Assembly (NCBI GenBank): GCA_965203555.1 | Contig: CBDBCY010000004.1 | Span: 1,280,001 to 1,344,000, forward strand | Direction: 5' to 3' | DNA: 64,000 nucleotides | Origin: Acidimicrobiia bacterium | GTDB lineage: Bacteria; Actinomycetota; Acidimicrobiia; Spongiisociales; ZC4RG35 | Part shown: in pieces, positions 19,220 to 29,068 of the stretch | Position numbering within the stretch: position 1 is the first letter of the stretch | Layout of the letters: each line of letters starts with the position of its first letter | Notes under the pieces: generated by a model | What the model was told of the DNA's origin: nothing | Databases searched by the model: none | Seen by the model: only the letters and a program-made list of their open reading frames with translations | Made by a program: the position numbers and the translations under genes

Positions 19220-21586
19220 CTACCCGGTGGCCTCCTTGATGAGGTTCCACAGCCGGCTGGGGGTGATGGGAAGCTCATCGGCCTCCACTCCCAGGTGGCT
19301 GAGAGCGTCGGTGACCGCATTGGCGACCGCCGCCCCGGGAGGGAAGGTCCCGGCCTCGCCCATTCCCTTGAAGCCCCCGTCCGTATGGGGCGAGGGAGTC
19401 ACCACATGATGGATGTCAAAGTCGGGAACATCGGTGAAGGAAGGCAGCAGGTAGTCCATGAAGGACGTGGTCAGCAACTGGGCGTCCTCGTCGTAGACGA
19501 ACTCCTCCAGCACGGCGCCGCCCAGGGCCTGGGCGATCCCACCGTGGATCTGTCCTTCCACCAGCAACGGATTGATGAGCGGTCCGCAGTCGTCGACCAC
19601 GACATAATTCTGCCAGGTGATCTTTCCGGTGTTGGTGTCCACGTCCAGCACCACGACGTGGCATCCGGAAGCGGTGGTGAAGTTGGGCGGGTCGTAGACG
19701 TAGGTGGCCTCCAGGAAGGGCTGGTCGCCCTCGGGAAGAGCATGGGCCCAGTAGGCCTGCTGAGCCACCTGCGCCAGGCTCACCGATCGCATCTCCTCGG
19801 CGCCCTTCACCGAGACCATGCCGTCGGCGTACTCCAGGTCCTCCGCGTCGGCCTCCAGCATGCCGGCTCCGATACGGATGGCCTTGGCCTTGATCTCCTC
19901 GATCGCCCTGATCACCGCCACCGCGGCGACGTTGGAACGACTGCCCGCCGACCCGAAGCCGGTGTAGGGAGTCTGGTCGGTGTCGCCCCACACCACCCGC
20001 ACATCGGCCATGTCGATGCCCAGATGATGGGCGGCCACCTGCGCCAGGGTGGTCTCGGTGCCCTGGCCCATGGGAATCATCCCGGTGTACACGGTCGCCT
20101 TTCCGTTCGGGTCGACCTTCACCGTCGATCCTTCGTAACCGCCCGTGTAGTAGCTGAGATAACCCAGGATCGGGGAGGGTCCGAATCCCGACACGTGGAT
20201 GTAGCTCGAGATCCCGATTCCCCGGCAGATCCCCTGCTCGCGCAGTTCCGCCTGCTCGGCGCGGACCCGGTCGTAGTCGGCCGCCTCCAGCGCCTTCTCC
20301 AGGCAGGCGGGGAAGTTGCCCGAGTCATAGACCGCCCCGGCCGCATTGAACCAGGGAAACTCGTCGGGCTGGATCATGTTCTTGCGACGGATCTCGGCCG
20401 GGTCCATGCCCAGATGCTTGGCGGCCTTGTCCATCATCCTCTCGGATCCGAAGATCCCCTCGGGACCTCCGAAGCCCCGGAAGGTGCTGGAGGGGGTCTT
20501 GTTGGTGGCGGCCGCGAAGACGTCGCAGTAGTAGTTGGTGATCTTGTACTGGTTGGGCGCCGCCGCGCCGGTCACCCAGGCCGGGCCGATCCCCACGCTG
20601 TGGAGATGGGCGCCAAGGTCGTTGATGACCTTGCCCCGCAGTCCCAGGATGGTTCCGTCGCTCTGCAGCGCCATCTCCCATTCCTGGACCTGTGCCCGGC
20701 CATGCACGGTGGACATCAAACCCTCGCGCCGGTCGGCAATCCACTTGACGGGCCTGCCCAAGTCCATGCTGGCGATGCTCACCAGCAGATCCTCGGGATA
20801 GCGGTCCCACTTGTTGCCGAAGCCGCCGCCCATGTTGGGGGTCAGCACCCGGACAGCCGTTTCGGGAAGGCCCAGGCTGGCGGCCAATTCGGTCCGGAAC
20901 AGGCTGGCTACCTGCGACTCGGAGTGAACGGTGAGTCGCCCGTGGACTTCGTCCCAGTCGGCCACTATGCCCCGTGTTTCGAGCGGAATGCCCGAGTGCC
21001 GGCCGATGGTCAGCCGACCGCGGACTATCTCCTCGGCGTCGTCGAACACCTCCGGCTCGTATCCGCACACACCCAGGGCGTTGTATCCGGCAAAGACGTG
21101 GTGAATGGCGACGTTGTCGCCCCAATCCTCGTTGATCACCGCCGCGCCCTCTTCCAGGGCAGCCTCGCAGTCAGTGACCGCTTCAAGGGGCTCGTAGTCG
21201 ACGTCGATGCCGTCGAGAGCGTCCTCGGCCACATAGCGCGATTCGGCGACCACCGCCGCCACCGGCTCGCCCACATAGCGGACCTTGCCTTCCGCCAGGG
21301 CGGGAGTTCCCGAGTCCTTCTGGCCGGGAAGCCTCCAGATCACCGGAAATTCGGTTACGTGATCGGGGATGTCCTCGGGGGTGATCACCAGGTGCACCCC
21401 GTCCATCGCCCGCGCTTCGGAGGCGTCGATCGAGTTGATTTGCGCATGCCCGTAGGGGCTGCGCAGGATCGCCATGTGCAGAGTTCCCGGCAGGTTTATG
21501 TCGGCTACGTACCGGCCACGTCCCCGGATCAAGGCCGGATCTTCCCGACGCGGCGCTCGCGCGCCGATCCATTCGGTGGTGGTCAT
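19220..21586 (-). CDS. Xanthine dehydrogenase-family Mo-binding large subunit (CoxL/CutL-like)
   Basis: RREDPALIRG, GGGFGNK, TFRGFG, MGQGTET, GSAGSRS, VEGQIHGG, KGMGE. Confidence 0.92.
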   Translation of the reverse strand: MTTTEWIGARAPRREDPALIRGRGRYVADINLPGTLHMAILRSPYGHAQINSIDASEARAMDGVHLVITPEDIPDHVTEFPVIWRLPGQKDSGTPALAEGKVRYVGEPVAAVVAESRYVAEDALDGIDVDYEPLEAVTDCEAALEEGAAVINEDWGDNVAIHHVFAGYNALGVCGYEPEVFDDAEEIVRGRLTIGRHSGIPLETRGIVADWDEVHGRLTVHSESQVASLFRTELAASLGLPETAVRVLTPNMGGGFGNKWDRYPEDLLVSIASMDLGRPVKWIADRREGLMSTVHGRAQVQEWEMALQSDGTILGLRGKVINDLGAHLHSVGIGPAWVTGAAAPNQYKITNYYCDVFAAATNKTPSSTFRGFGGPEGIFGSERMMDKAAKHLGMDPAEIRRKNMIQPDEFPWFNAAGAVYDSGNFPACLEKALEAADYDRVRAEQAELREQGICRGIGISSYIHVSGFGPSPILGYLSYYTGGYEGSTVKVDPNGKATVYTGMIPMGQGTETTLAQVAAHHLGIDMADVRVVWGDTDQTPYTGFGSAGSRSNVAAVAVIRAIEEIKAKAIRIGAGMLEADAEDLEYADGMVSVKGAEEMRSVSLAQVAQQAYWAHALPEGDQPFLEATYVYDPPNFTTASGCHVVVLDVDTNTGKITWQNYVVVDDCGPLINPLLVEGQIHGGIAQALGGAVLEEFVYDEDAQLLTTSFMDYLLPSFTDVPDFDIHHVVTPSPHTDGGFKGMGEAGTFPPGAAVANAVTDALSHLGVEADELPITPSRLWNLIKEATG

Positions 21587-22068
21587 GATGTCACCTCGTT
21601 CATTTCCCTCGCCGCCCCCAGCACCGACTCCACGATCTTCTGGTATCCGGTGCATCGGCAGATGTTTCCTCCCATGTCTTCCCGCACTTCGTCGGCGGAA
21701 GGATCGGGATTGCGTTTCAGCAGGTCCACTCCGGCCAGGATCATTCCCGGAGTGCAGAACCCGCACTGCAGACCGTGGTATTCCGAGAAGGCTTTCTGCA
21801 TGGGATGCAGTTCGCCATTCTGCTCCAAGCCTTCGATGGTGGTGATCTCGGCGCCCTGCGCCTGGACCGCGAACATCAGGCAGGAACGCACCATCTCCCC
21901 ATCCACCAGGACAGTGCAGGCGCCGCAAACCCCGTGTTCACAGCCAAGATGGGTCCCGGTGAGTCCAAGCCCATCTCGCAGTACGTCGGCCAGGATCTCC
22001 CTGGGCTCGGCCAAAGTGGTTTGGTTTCTTCCGTTCACATTGAGTGTTATCGCAACTTGGCCCATCAC
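21583..22068 (-). CDS. 2Fe-2S small subunit (CoxS/CutS-like)
   Basis: GCEHGVCGACT, QCGFCTPG, CRCTGY. Confidence 0.95.
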   Translation of the reverse strand: MMGQVAITLNVNGRNQTTLAEPREILADVLRDGLGLTGTHLGCEHGVCGACTVLVDGEMVRSCLMFAVQAQGAEITTIEGLEQNGELHPMQKAFSEYHGLQCGFCTPGMILAGVDLLKRNPDPSADEVREDMGGNICRCTGYQKIVESVLGAAREMNEVTS

Positions 22069-22928
22069 TACACCTCCTGAGCGTTGGCGACCGCCTGCTG
22101 CAGCGCCCGGCGGGTGAGCACGTCTATCAGAGCGCGCCGGTAGTCGGCGCTTCCGTGAATATCGTCGGTGGAGGGGAACTGGGAAGCGGCCGCGGCGGCG
22201 GCTTCGGCCACTGCCGCTGCTCCGCCGTCGGCGCCGACCAGCGATGCTTCCGCTTCATCCAACCGGGCGGGAGTGGTCCCTCCGAAGGCGGTTATCGAAG
22301 CTGAAGCAACCCCGCTCCCGTTCATGCTCACCACCGCGGCGACGCCGGCCACCGCGAAGTCACCGTGGCGACGGGCGAACTCGGCGAATCCGTGACCGCC
22401 GGACTGGGCGGGCACCGAAATCTCGGTGATGAGTTCATCGGGTCCCAGAGCAGTGGAGAGAAAGTGTCCGCTGACCAGATCCTCCACGGACAGCACCCTC
22501 GATCCTCCCGCGGAGACCGCGGTGACGGAGGCGCTCAGCGCCATCAGGACCGCCGGGTACTCGGAGGCCGGGTCGTTGTGCGCCAGGCTTCCCGCCAGGG
22601 TCCCCCGGTTGCGAATCGCCCGATGGCCCACATAGCCGGTGGCGGCCACCAAGAGCGGCGCGTGGGCGCCGGCTTCCGATGACTCTTCAACCGCGGTCTG
22701 GCGGGCAGTGGCCCCGATTCGGAGATCACCTCCATCGGATCTGATGTAATCAAGGTCGGAAATCCCGTTTATGTCGACGATGGAGGCCGGTCTCGCCAAG
22801 CGGAAGCTCATCATGGGCACCAGGCTCTGGCCTCCGGCCAGCACCTTGGCGTCCTCGCGGCTGCTCAACAGTCCCACGGCGTCGTCGACAGATTCGGGAG
22901 CGTGATATTCGAAAGCTGCGGGTTTCAT
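22068..22928 (-). CDS. FAD-binding medium subunit (CoxM/CutM-like)
   Basis: MKPAAFEY, LAGGQSL, RNRGTLAGS, ARRHGDFA. Confidence 0.93.
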   Translation of the reverse strand: MKPAAFEYHAPESVDDAVGLLSSREDAKVLAGGQSLVPMMSFRLARPASIVDINGISDLDYIRSDGGDLRIGATARQTAVEESSEAGAHAPLLVAATGYVGHRAIRNRGTLAGSLAHNDPASEYPAVLMALSASVTAVSAGGSRVLSVEDLVSGHFLSTALGPDELITEISVPAQSGGHGFAEFARRHGDFAVAGVAAVVSMNGSGVASASITAFGGTTPARLDEAEASLVGADGGAAAVAEAAAAAASQFPSTDDIHGSADYRRALIDVLTRRALQQAVANAQEV

Positions 22929-23002
22929 CGCTCTCCCATCTCTGTTTAATTGTCCCCGCCCAATATAGAGCGCCGCCTCCCCTGAAGTCGGCCAAGAGGG
23001 AC

Positions 23003-24139
23003 TTATTCGGTCAACAATCCCGCCATTTGGTCCAAAGCGGCCAAGTTGTGCCCGGCCACCATCGAGTCGATGTGAGGGAGGGAAGCTATGAGACCCCTGG
23101 TCAGCGGTCGGAACCGGGGATCGCCCATCAGGGGATTCACCCAGATCACGCGGTGGGCCTGGCGGGCGAGACGAGCCATAGCCGCCCCCAGCGTCCGGGG
23201 GTCTCCCCTCTCCAGCCCGTCCGAACAGATCAGCACCACCGAACCCCGGTTGCGGGAGTCGGGTCCGTAACGGCGCACGTACTGGGTCAGCGACTCTCCG
23301 ATCCGGGTACCGCTCTCCCAGTCCACCACCCGCGACGCGGCTTCCTCTATGGAGCGATTGGGGTCCCGCCAGCGCAACTGGGGCGTGATCCGGGTGAGCC
23401 TGGTTCCAAAGCAGAACACCTCCACGCCGTGGGCGGCGCGGTGGGTGGCGTAGGCGAAGTGAAGGAGCGGCCGGGAAAAGCCCGCCATGGACCCGGAGAT
23501 GTCGAGGATCAGCACCAAGCGCCGGGGTTTGATGCGCCGCCGGCGGAAGGCTCTGTGGAAAGGCTCGCCGTCGCTGCGAAGCGACCGACGGACGGTTCTT
23601 CGCAGGTCGATCTGTCCGGTGTGCCCCGGACGGGTGCGCCGCACCACCCGCCTGGGCAGATTCACCGCGATGCCCGCCACCAGTCGATGCAGCCGGCGAA
23701 GGTCACCTTCCGTCCAATGATCGAACCGCTTGTCCTTGAGAAGCTCGTCCTCCGACGCGGTCGGTCCGCTGGAACCGGGGCCGTCGTCGGCCGGGTCGAC
23801 CACGGAGACCTCCTGGGTGGTGGAGACCGTCTGCGTCCCCATCGGCGCGCCATCGTCGTCCCAGCCGCCGAAGACATACTCGCCGGCCCGGGCGGAGGAC
23901 TGCTGTTCGGACCGGGAGAACCACTCGTCGAAGGCCCGGTCGTAGTCGGCAAAGCGCCGGTGGTCATCCACCAGCGTCAAGCGGCCCGCCCAGTACAGGT
24001 CCGCCGGATCGGTGGGGTCGAGGTCCGCCGCCGCTCGGCAGAAGGAGAGAATCCGTCCCGGTCCCACCGTGAAGCCGTGGCTTCGCAGGTGCTGGCCGAA
24101 GCGGATCAGCGACCCGAAAAGCTCCTCGCCGTCACTCAA
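23003..24139 (-). CDS. VWA domain protein (CoxE-like)
   Basis: MIDAS motif DISGSM, FGTRLT, GTRIG, SDGLERG, WVNPL. Confidence 0.9.
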   Translation of the reverse strand: MSDGEELFGSLIRFGQHLRSHGFTVGPGRILSFCRAAADLDPTDPADLYWAGRLTLVDDHRRFADYDRAFDEWFSRSEQQSSARAGEYVFGGWDDDGAPMGTQTVSTTQEVSVVDPADDGPGSSGPTASEDELLKDKRFDHWTEGDLRRLHRLVAGIAVNLPRRVVRRTRPGHTGQIDLRRTVRRSLRSDGEPFHRAFRRRRIKPRRLVLILDISGSMAGFSRPLLHFAYATHRAAHGVEVFCFGTRLTRITPQLRWRDPNRSIEEAASRVVDWESGTRIGESLTQYVRRYGPDSRNRGSVVLICSDGLERGDPRTLGAAMARLARQAHRVIWVNPLMGDPRFRPLTRGLIASLPHIDSMVAGHNLAALDQMAGLLTE

Positions 24140-25025
24140 GGTCGGCGAGTTCCTCGATGAACCCCTCCGCCGTCTCCAAGTCGTCCCGCTCCTTGAGCGC
24201 CGCCCCCAGGGTGAGCCGCACCGTCTCGGTGTCCAGGCGGTCCGTTCCCAGTCGCTGCAACGCCTGACCCCAACTGATGGTCTCCGCCACGCCGGGGGTT
24301 TTCACCAGGTCGGCCTGCCGCAAACGCGCCGCCGCCCTGACCACCTTCCGGGCCAGGGCCTCGGACACCTCCGGCGCCCTGGTCCTGATTATCTCCACCT
24401 CCCGCAGGGGTTCGGGAAGGTGGATCCAGTGGTAGAGGCACCGCCGCTTGAGAGCGTCGTGCAACTCCCGGGTGCGGTTGGAGGTCAGGACCACCATGGG
24501 AGGAGCGGACGAGTGGACTACTCCCAACTCGGGGATGCTGATCTGAAAGTCCGAGAGGATCTCCAGCAGGAACGCTTCGAACTCGTCGTCGGCCCGGTCG
24601 ATCTCGTCGATCAGCAGAACGCACCTGCCTTCCGACCGCAAAGCCCGAAGCAATGGTCTTTCCAGCAGGAACTCCTCCGAGTAGATGTCCCGGCCGGCGC
24701 CGTCCCGGATGTCGGCGGCCCGCAGATGCAAGAGTTGCCGGGTGTAGTCCCACTCGTAAAGGGCCTGCGAAGCATCGATCCCCTCATAGCACTGCAGTCG
24801 CACCAGCGGAACTCCCAGGGCCTCCGCCAACGCCTTGGCCACTTCGGTCTTGCCGACCCCCGCCTCCCCCTCCAGCATCAGCGGCTGGGGAAGGCTTGCG
24901 GCCAGGTAGATGGCGGTGGCCAGTCCCCGGTCGGCCAGGTAGGCGTGGCGGTGCAACAGCTCGGCGACCCGAGCCGGGGAGGAGAGCCCCGTTTCGGCCT
25001 GTGGCGCGTACATATCTGAGTCCAA
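24132..25025 (-). CDS. MoxR-family AAA+ ATPase (CoxD-like)
   Basis: EGEAGVGKT, LQCYEG, LLIDEIDRAD, TSNRTRELHDALKRRC. GGAGG precedes the TTG start. Confidence 0.92.
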   Translation of the reverse strand: MDSDMYAPQAETGLSSPARVAELLHRHAYLADRGLATAIYLAASLPQPLMLEGEAGVGKTEVAKALAEALGVPLVRLQCYEGIDASQALYEWDYTRQLLHLRAADIRDGAGRDIYSEEFLLERPLLRALRSEGRCVLLIDEIDRADDEFEAFLLEILSDFQISIPELGVVHSSAPPMVVLTSNRTRELHDALKRRCLYHWIHLPEPLREVEIIRTRAPEVSEALARKVVRAAARLRQADLVKTPGVAETISWGQALQRLGTDRLDTETVRLTLGAALKERDDLETAEGFIEELADLE

Positions 25026-25094
25026 GTCGATCCTCCAATAGGATTATCACGGCAAGATAGTCGAATAGGCTAGGAGAAAGTTGAACAAGGAGAG

Positions 25095-26501
25095 TTGGTG
25101 AGCACCACATTGATCCAGGGAGGACGGGTTGTAACCGCCACCCGGGACCAGGTAGAGGACATTCTCATCGAGAACGGCAGGATCGCCAGGGTGGGAAGCC
25201 TCAACGATTTTCCGGCCGACCGGGTGGTGGACGCCTCCGGAAAGCTGGTCATCCCCGGAGGTATCGACCCGCATACGCACATGGACACTCCGGCCGGCGG
25301 CACCGTAATCTCCGATGACTTCTACACGGGCACCGCGGCGGCCGCGGTGGGAGGGACCACCACCATCATCGACTTTGCCATCCAGAAGCAGGGCGACGAC
25401 CCCCGTGTGTCGCTGGAGGAGTGGTTCGGCAAGTCGGAGGGAAAGGCCGCCGTCGACTGGGCCTTCCACCAGATCATCACCGACCTGCCGGAGTCCTACA
25501 TGCCCTCCCTTGCAGGGCTGATGGATGAGGGAGTGGCCAGCTTCAAGTTGTTCATGGCCTATCCCAACGCCTGGATGCTGGATGACGGCACGATCTTCCG
25601 GGCGCTGCAGTGGACGGCCGACAGCGGTGGACTGATCATGCTCCATTGCGAGAACGGTCCCGCCATCGAAGTGCTCATCCAGCAGGCGCTGGCCGCCGGG
25701 CAGACGGCGCCCCGCTATCACGCCGCGACCCGACCCTCCATCGCCGAGGGAGAGGCCACGTCCCGCGCCGTCGCCCTGGCCGAGATCGCCGGGGTCCCGG
25801 TGTACGTGGTGCATCTGTCGGCGTCGGAGGCCCTGAGCGCCGTCGGGCAGGCCCGTCATCGGGAATTGCCGGTCTATGCCGAGACCTGCCCCCAATACCT
25901 GCTCCTGTCCGACGACATGCTGGCCTCGCCGGGGTTCCACGGCTCCAAGTACGTCATCTCCCCACCGCTTCGGCCCGCTACCCATCACGAGAAGCTGTGG
26001 CAGGGGCTGGCCTCGGGCGACCTGCAGATGGTCGCCACCGACCACGCTCCGTTCCATTACAAGGGACAGAAAGAGATGGGAAGGGGGGACTTCACCAAGA
26101 TTCCCAACGGGATGCCGGGAGTTGAATGGAGAGTGAGCCTGCTCTACCACTTCGGGGTGCGGGCGAACCGGATCTCCCTCAACCGGTGGGTGGAGATCAC
26201 CTCCACCAACGCCGCCAAACTGTTCGGCCTCTATCCGCAAAAGGGCGAGATCGCGCCGGGATCCGACGGGGACCTGGTGATCTTCGATCCCGAGCGGGAG
26301 CACACCCTTTCCGCCGAGACCCAGGTGACCAACTGCGACTACAACCCGTACGAAGGCTGGGTGCTGCAGGGCGCCCCCGACACGGTGTTGGTGCGCGGCG
26401 AGCCGGTGGTCTCGGACGGAAAGTTCGTGGGCCGGGCCGGCATGGGCCGGTTCATCAAACGCCGCCCTTCCGAGACCATCGCCACCGATCTGATTACCTG
26501 A
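25095..26501 (+). CDS. hydA: Dihydropyrimidinase / D-hydantoinase (copy 2)
   Basis: Same metal-ligand motifs as copy 1: DPHTH, FKLFMAY, HCENG, VHLS, TDHAPF. Confidence 0.92.
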   Translation: MVSTTLIQGGRVVTATRDQVEDILIENGRIARVGSLNDFPADRVVDASGKLVIPGGIDPHTHMDTPAGGTVISDDFYTGTAAAAVGGTTTIIDFAIQKQGDDPRVSLEEWFGKSEGKAAVDWAFHQIITDLPESYMPSLAGLMDEGVASFKLFMAYPNAWMLDDGTIFRALQWTADSGGLIMLHCENGPAIEVLIQQALAAGQTAPRYHAATRPSIAEGEATSRAVALAEIAGVPVYVVHLSASEALSAVGQARHRELPVYAETCPQYLLLSDDMLASPGFHGSKYVISPPLRPATHHEKLWQGLASGDLQMVATDHAPFHYKGQKEMGRGDFTKIPNGMPGVEWRVSLLYHFGVRANRISLNRWVEITSTNAAKLFGLYPQKGEIAPGSDGDLVIFDPEREHTLSAETQVTNCDYNPYEGWVLQGAPDTVLVRGEPVVSDGKFVGRAGMGRFIKRRPSETIATDLIT

Positions 26502-26518
26502 CCTGGGGGTTGAAAGAG

Positions 26519-27363
26519 ATGACCACCGTCCGAACCGCACTGATCCAGATGACCACCGTCTATGACAAAGAGGCCAACACCGCCAAGGGAGAGCGACTGG
26601 TGCGCCAGGCCGCCGACCGGGGAGCGCAGATCGTCTGTTTGCAGGAACTGTTCAACACCATCTATTTCCCCTTCGAGATGGATCCCCGCCACCTCGAGCT
26701 GGCCGAGCCCATCCCCGTCCCACCACCGAACGGATGCAGGAGGTCGCCCGCCAGACCGGGGTGGTGCTGGTCGCCCCCATCTACGAAAAAACCATCGAAG
26801 GGATGCTGTTCAACACCGCCCCGGTGATAGGCACCGACGGGGAATTGCTGGGCATCTACCGCAAGAGCCACATTCCACTGGTGAGCACTCCCACCCTGAC
26901 CGGGATCGAGAAGTACTACTTCGCACCCGGCGACACCGGGTTCGTCACCTTCGACACTCCCTTCGGCATCAAGTTCTGCGTCTACATCTGCTACGACCGC
27001 CACTTCCCCGAAGGCGTGAGGGCATTCGCCCTGCAGGGCGCCCAGTTGATGGTGGTCCCCACCGCCACCACCGGGATGAGCCGCTACCTGTGGGAGTTGG
27101 AACTGCGCGCCCACGCGGTGGACAACATAATGTACGTGGGCGGCGTCAACCGCGTCGGTGTCGACCAGGGCGGATCGGACTCGCACTTCTACGGATCATC
27201 GGTGTGGGTCGACCCGAAGGGACAGATCATCAGCCAGGCCGGCGACCAGGACGACGAGGTGCTCATCGCCGACCTCGACTTTTCCGTGGTCCCACAGATC
27301 CGCAACGAGTGGGGATTCTTCCGTGACCGCCGCCCCGACCTGTACGGAGCGGTCGCCACCTGA
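26519..27363 (+). pseudogene. Carbon-nitrogen hydrolase (beta-ureidopropionase / N-carbamoylase-like), split by a single-base frameshift near 26717
   Basis: CLQELF is in the first frame; YRKSHIP, ICYDRHFPE and FFRDRRPDLY are in the second. One extra G restores EPIPGPTTERM. Confidence 0.85.
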
Positions 27364-27747
27364 GCCAGTGTCTGGAGGCGGATACGCAGTTGGATGAGGC
27401 TGCGACCAAGCCCTTCCTGGCTTCACTCCCACGGCAAGGCAGTGGCCTCTTTTCAATCGGTCCGTCCACGGAGTTGTGAAGAAAACCACCACGCGGGGAT
27501 TGACTCTTGTCACACCCGTGGTTCACGTTGATAGGAGCCAAACACCGAGAAGGCCCGTTCCGGCGTCGTTCGGGCCGCATCAAGGGATCAGAAGACGGGT
27601 TTTATCAGCACGTTCCGGCTTGGGCGACGCTATGGCCGATGGAAAGGTGGCGGCGGGGGTGGGTTCCCTATAGGGAGGTATTTTTGGCGGGTTTTTCGCG
27701 ACACGGGGGACTACTCACAAAGGGTGGGAATCCGGCGGGGACGGTTG

Positions 27748-28794
27748 TCACCTTGGAATCCCGGGCGTCAGTGAGTCAGATCCCGGAGCGAATGCCTCAA
27801 TCATCTCAGAGTAGTTGTCGGTGATAGGCAGTGGCACCGGATACACGTTGGGGCGGGTGACGTAGGCGGCCAGTCCCTGTCGGCAGGCGGCCAGGTCTCC
27901 CCACACGCACAGAGCGCTCACCACCTCGGTCGGCACCAGCGGCATGGCCGCCTCTATCCCGCCTTCCCGGGGAGGCCAGCCGCCCATCTCGGCCCGGACC
28001 CGGTCCAACAGTTCCTGGGGCACCCCGCTGGCCAGGGCGATGTGGGGCTGTTGTCCCAGGTACATGGTGGTCATGCGCCGGGCTATCTCCAGCGCCCGCT
28101 CCGGGTGGCGGTCGTCGGCGCTCACCACTATCACCTGCGGCAAATCCAGGTCGTCGAGGGTCCTGTCCGCCCGGGCGGCGCCGGCGGCCATCCGCTCGAA
28201 AGCCTGGGCCTGGTAGGCAAGGGAGGTGAATCCGTTGAGCAGCACCCCGTCGGCGATCTCCCCCGAAAGGGCCAGCATCTTGGGCCCGGTGGCCCCGATG
28301 TAGATGGGCACCTCCTTGGGAGTTTGGGAAGCCCCCTCCCCCAGTTCCAACCGCAGATCCCGCACCTGCACCAGGTCGCCCTCGTAGGTCACGGTCTCGA
28401 GGGCGAGGAGCCTCCGACACACCTCCACGTACTCCCGCATCTGCCTGAGAGGGCGGCTGCGGATCACCCCCTGCTTCCAGGCCAGCGGATCCCAGTAGGC
28501 GCCCAGGCCCAGGAGCATCCGGGCGGGCGCCAATTCGTCCAGGGTGGCAAAGGTGAGAGCCATCAGGGCGGCCGGCCTGGTCCAGGTGTTCACCACTCCG
28601 GCCCCGATCTTGATCCGCTCTGTCTGGTGGGCCACGGCCCCCATCACCGAGATGGCGTCGCGGGCGGTGCGGGTCTCGCAAATCCACACCGACTCGTATC
28701 CCAGTGCCTCCGCTTGCCGGGATAGAGCCACCTGGCTGCGGGCGTCGGGACGATCCAGGAAGCAAATCCCCACCCTGCTCAGGGAAGCGTTCAA
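27748..28794 (-). CDS. LLM class flavin/F420-dependent oxidoreductase (Mer-like)
   Basis: GYESVWICE, GVVNTWTRPA, LGLGA, YIGATGPKML..SGEIADG. TTG start after AGGAG. Confidence 0.88.
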   Translation of the reverse strand: MNASLSRVGICFLDRPDARSQVALSRQAEALGYESVWICETRTARDAISVMGAVAHQTERIKIGAGVVNTWTRPAALMALTFATLDELAPARMLLGLGAYWDPLAWKQGVIRSRPLRQMREYVEVCRRLLALETVTYEGDLVQVRDLRLELGEGASQTPKEVPIYIGATGPKMLALSGEIADGVLLNGFTSLAYQAQAFERMAAGAARADRTLDDLDLPQVIVVSADDRHPERALEIARRMTTMYLGQQPHIALASGVPQELLDRVRAEMGGWPPREGGIEAAMPLVPTEVVSALCVWGDLAACRQGLAAYVTRPNVYPVPLPITDNYSEMIEAFAPGSDSLTPGIPR

Positions 28795-29068
28795 TACAGA
28801 CTCCTCTATCCAATTGTCGGTCACCCCAGCTATGGTAGAAGCACTCCCGGTCCCAACTTGCAGAGTCTTCACTCCTCCAATCCAACCGGGAGGTGCTCCG
28901 GCATGAGAACGGTCCGGCAACTCCTACTCCGTAGTTCGAGTCCCTCATTTCGATTCGAGAAATTCGCGTCCTACCCACCCCGACACCCGCCTCAGGACTT
29001 AGACTCCGAGCCAAGTTAAATCGCGTTCGTTCGCATGACCGTTCGTTTTTCCATGAGAAGGAGAGAGC

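Noticed and set aside
19295-22117. 940-aa + strand ORF and other long antisense ORFs (e.g. 25047-26540, 27806-29461, 37247-38683)
   Set aside because: They are shadow frames of well-supported genes in high-GC DNA and have no recognisable motifs.
19220-25025. Aerobic carbon monoxide dehydrogenase (coxMSL + coxDE)
   Set aside because: The active-site loop is STFRGFG, lacking the Cu-binding AYxCSFR of form I and the AYxGAGR of form II. The context points to heterocycle catabolism.
28930-28950. tRNA T-loop-like GTTCGAGTCC
   Set aside because: The flanks do not form a T-stem and there is no cloverleaf.
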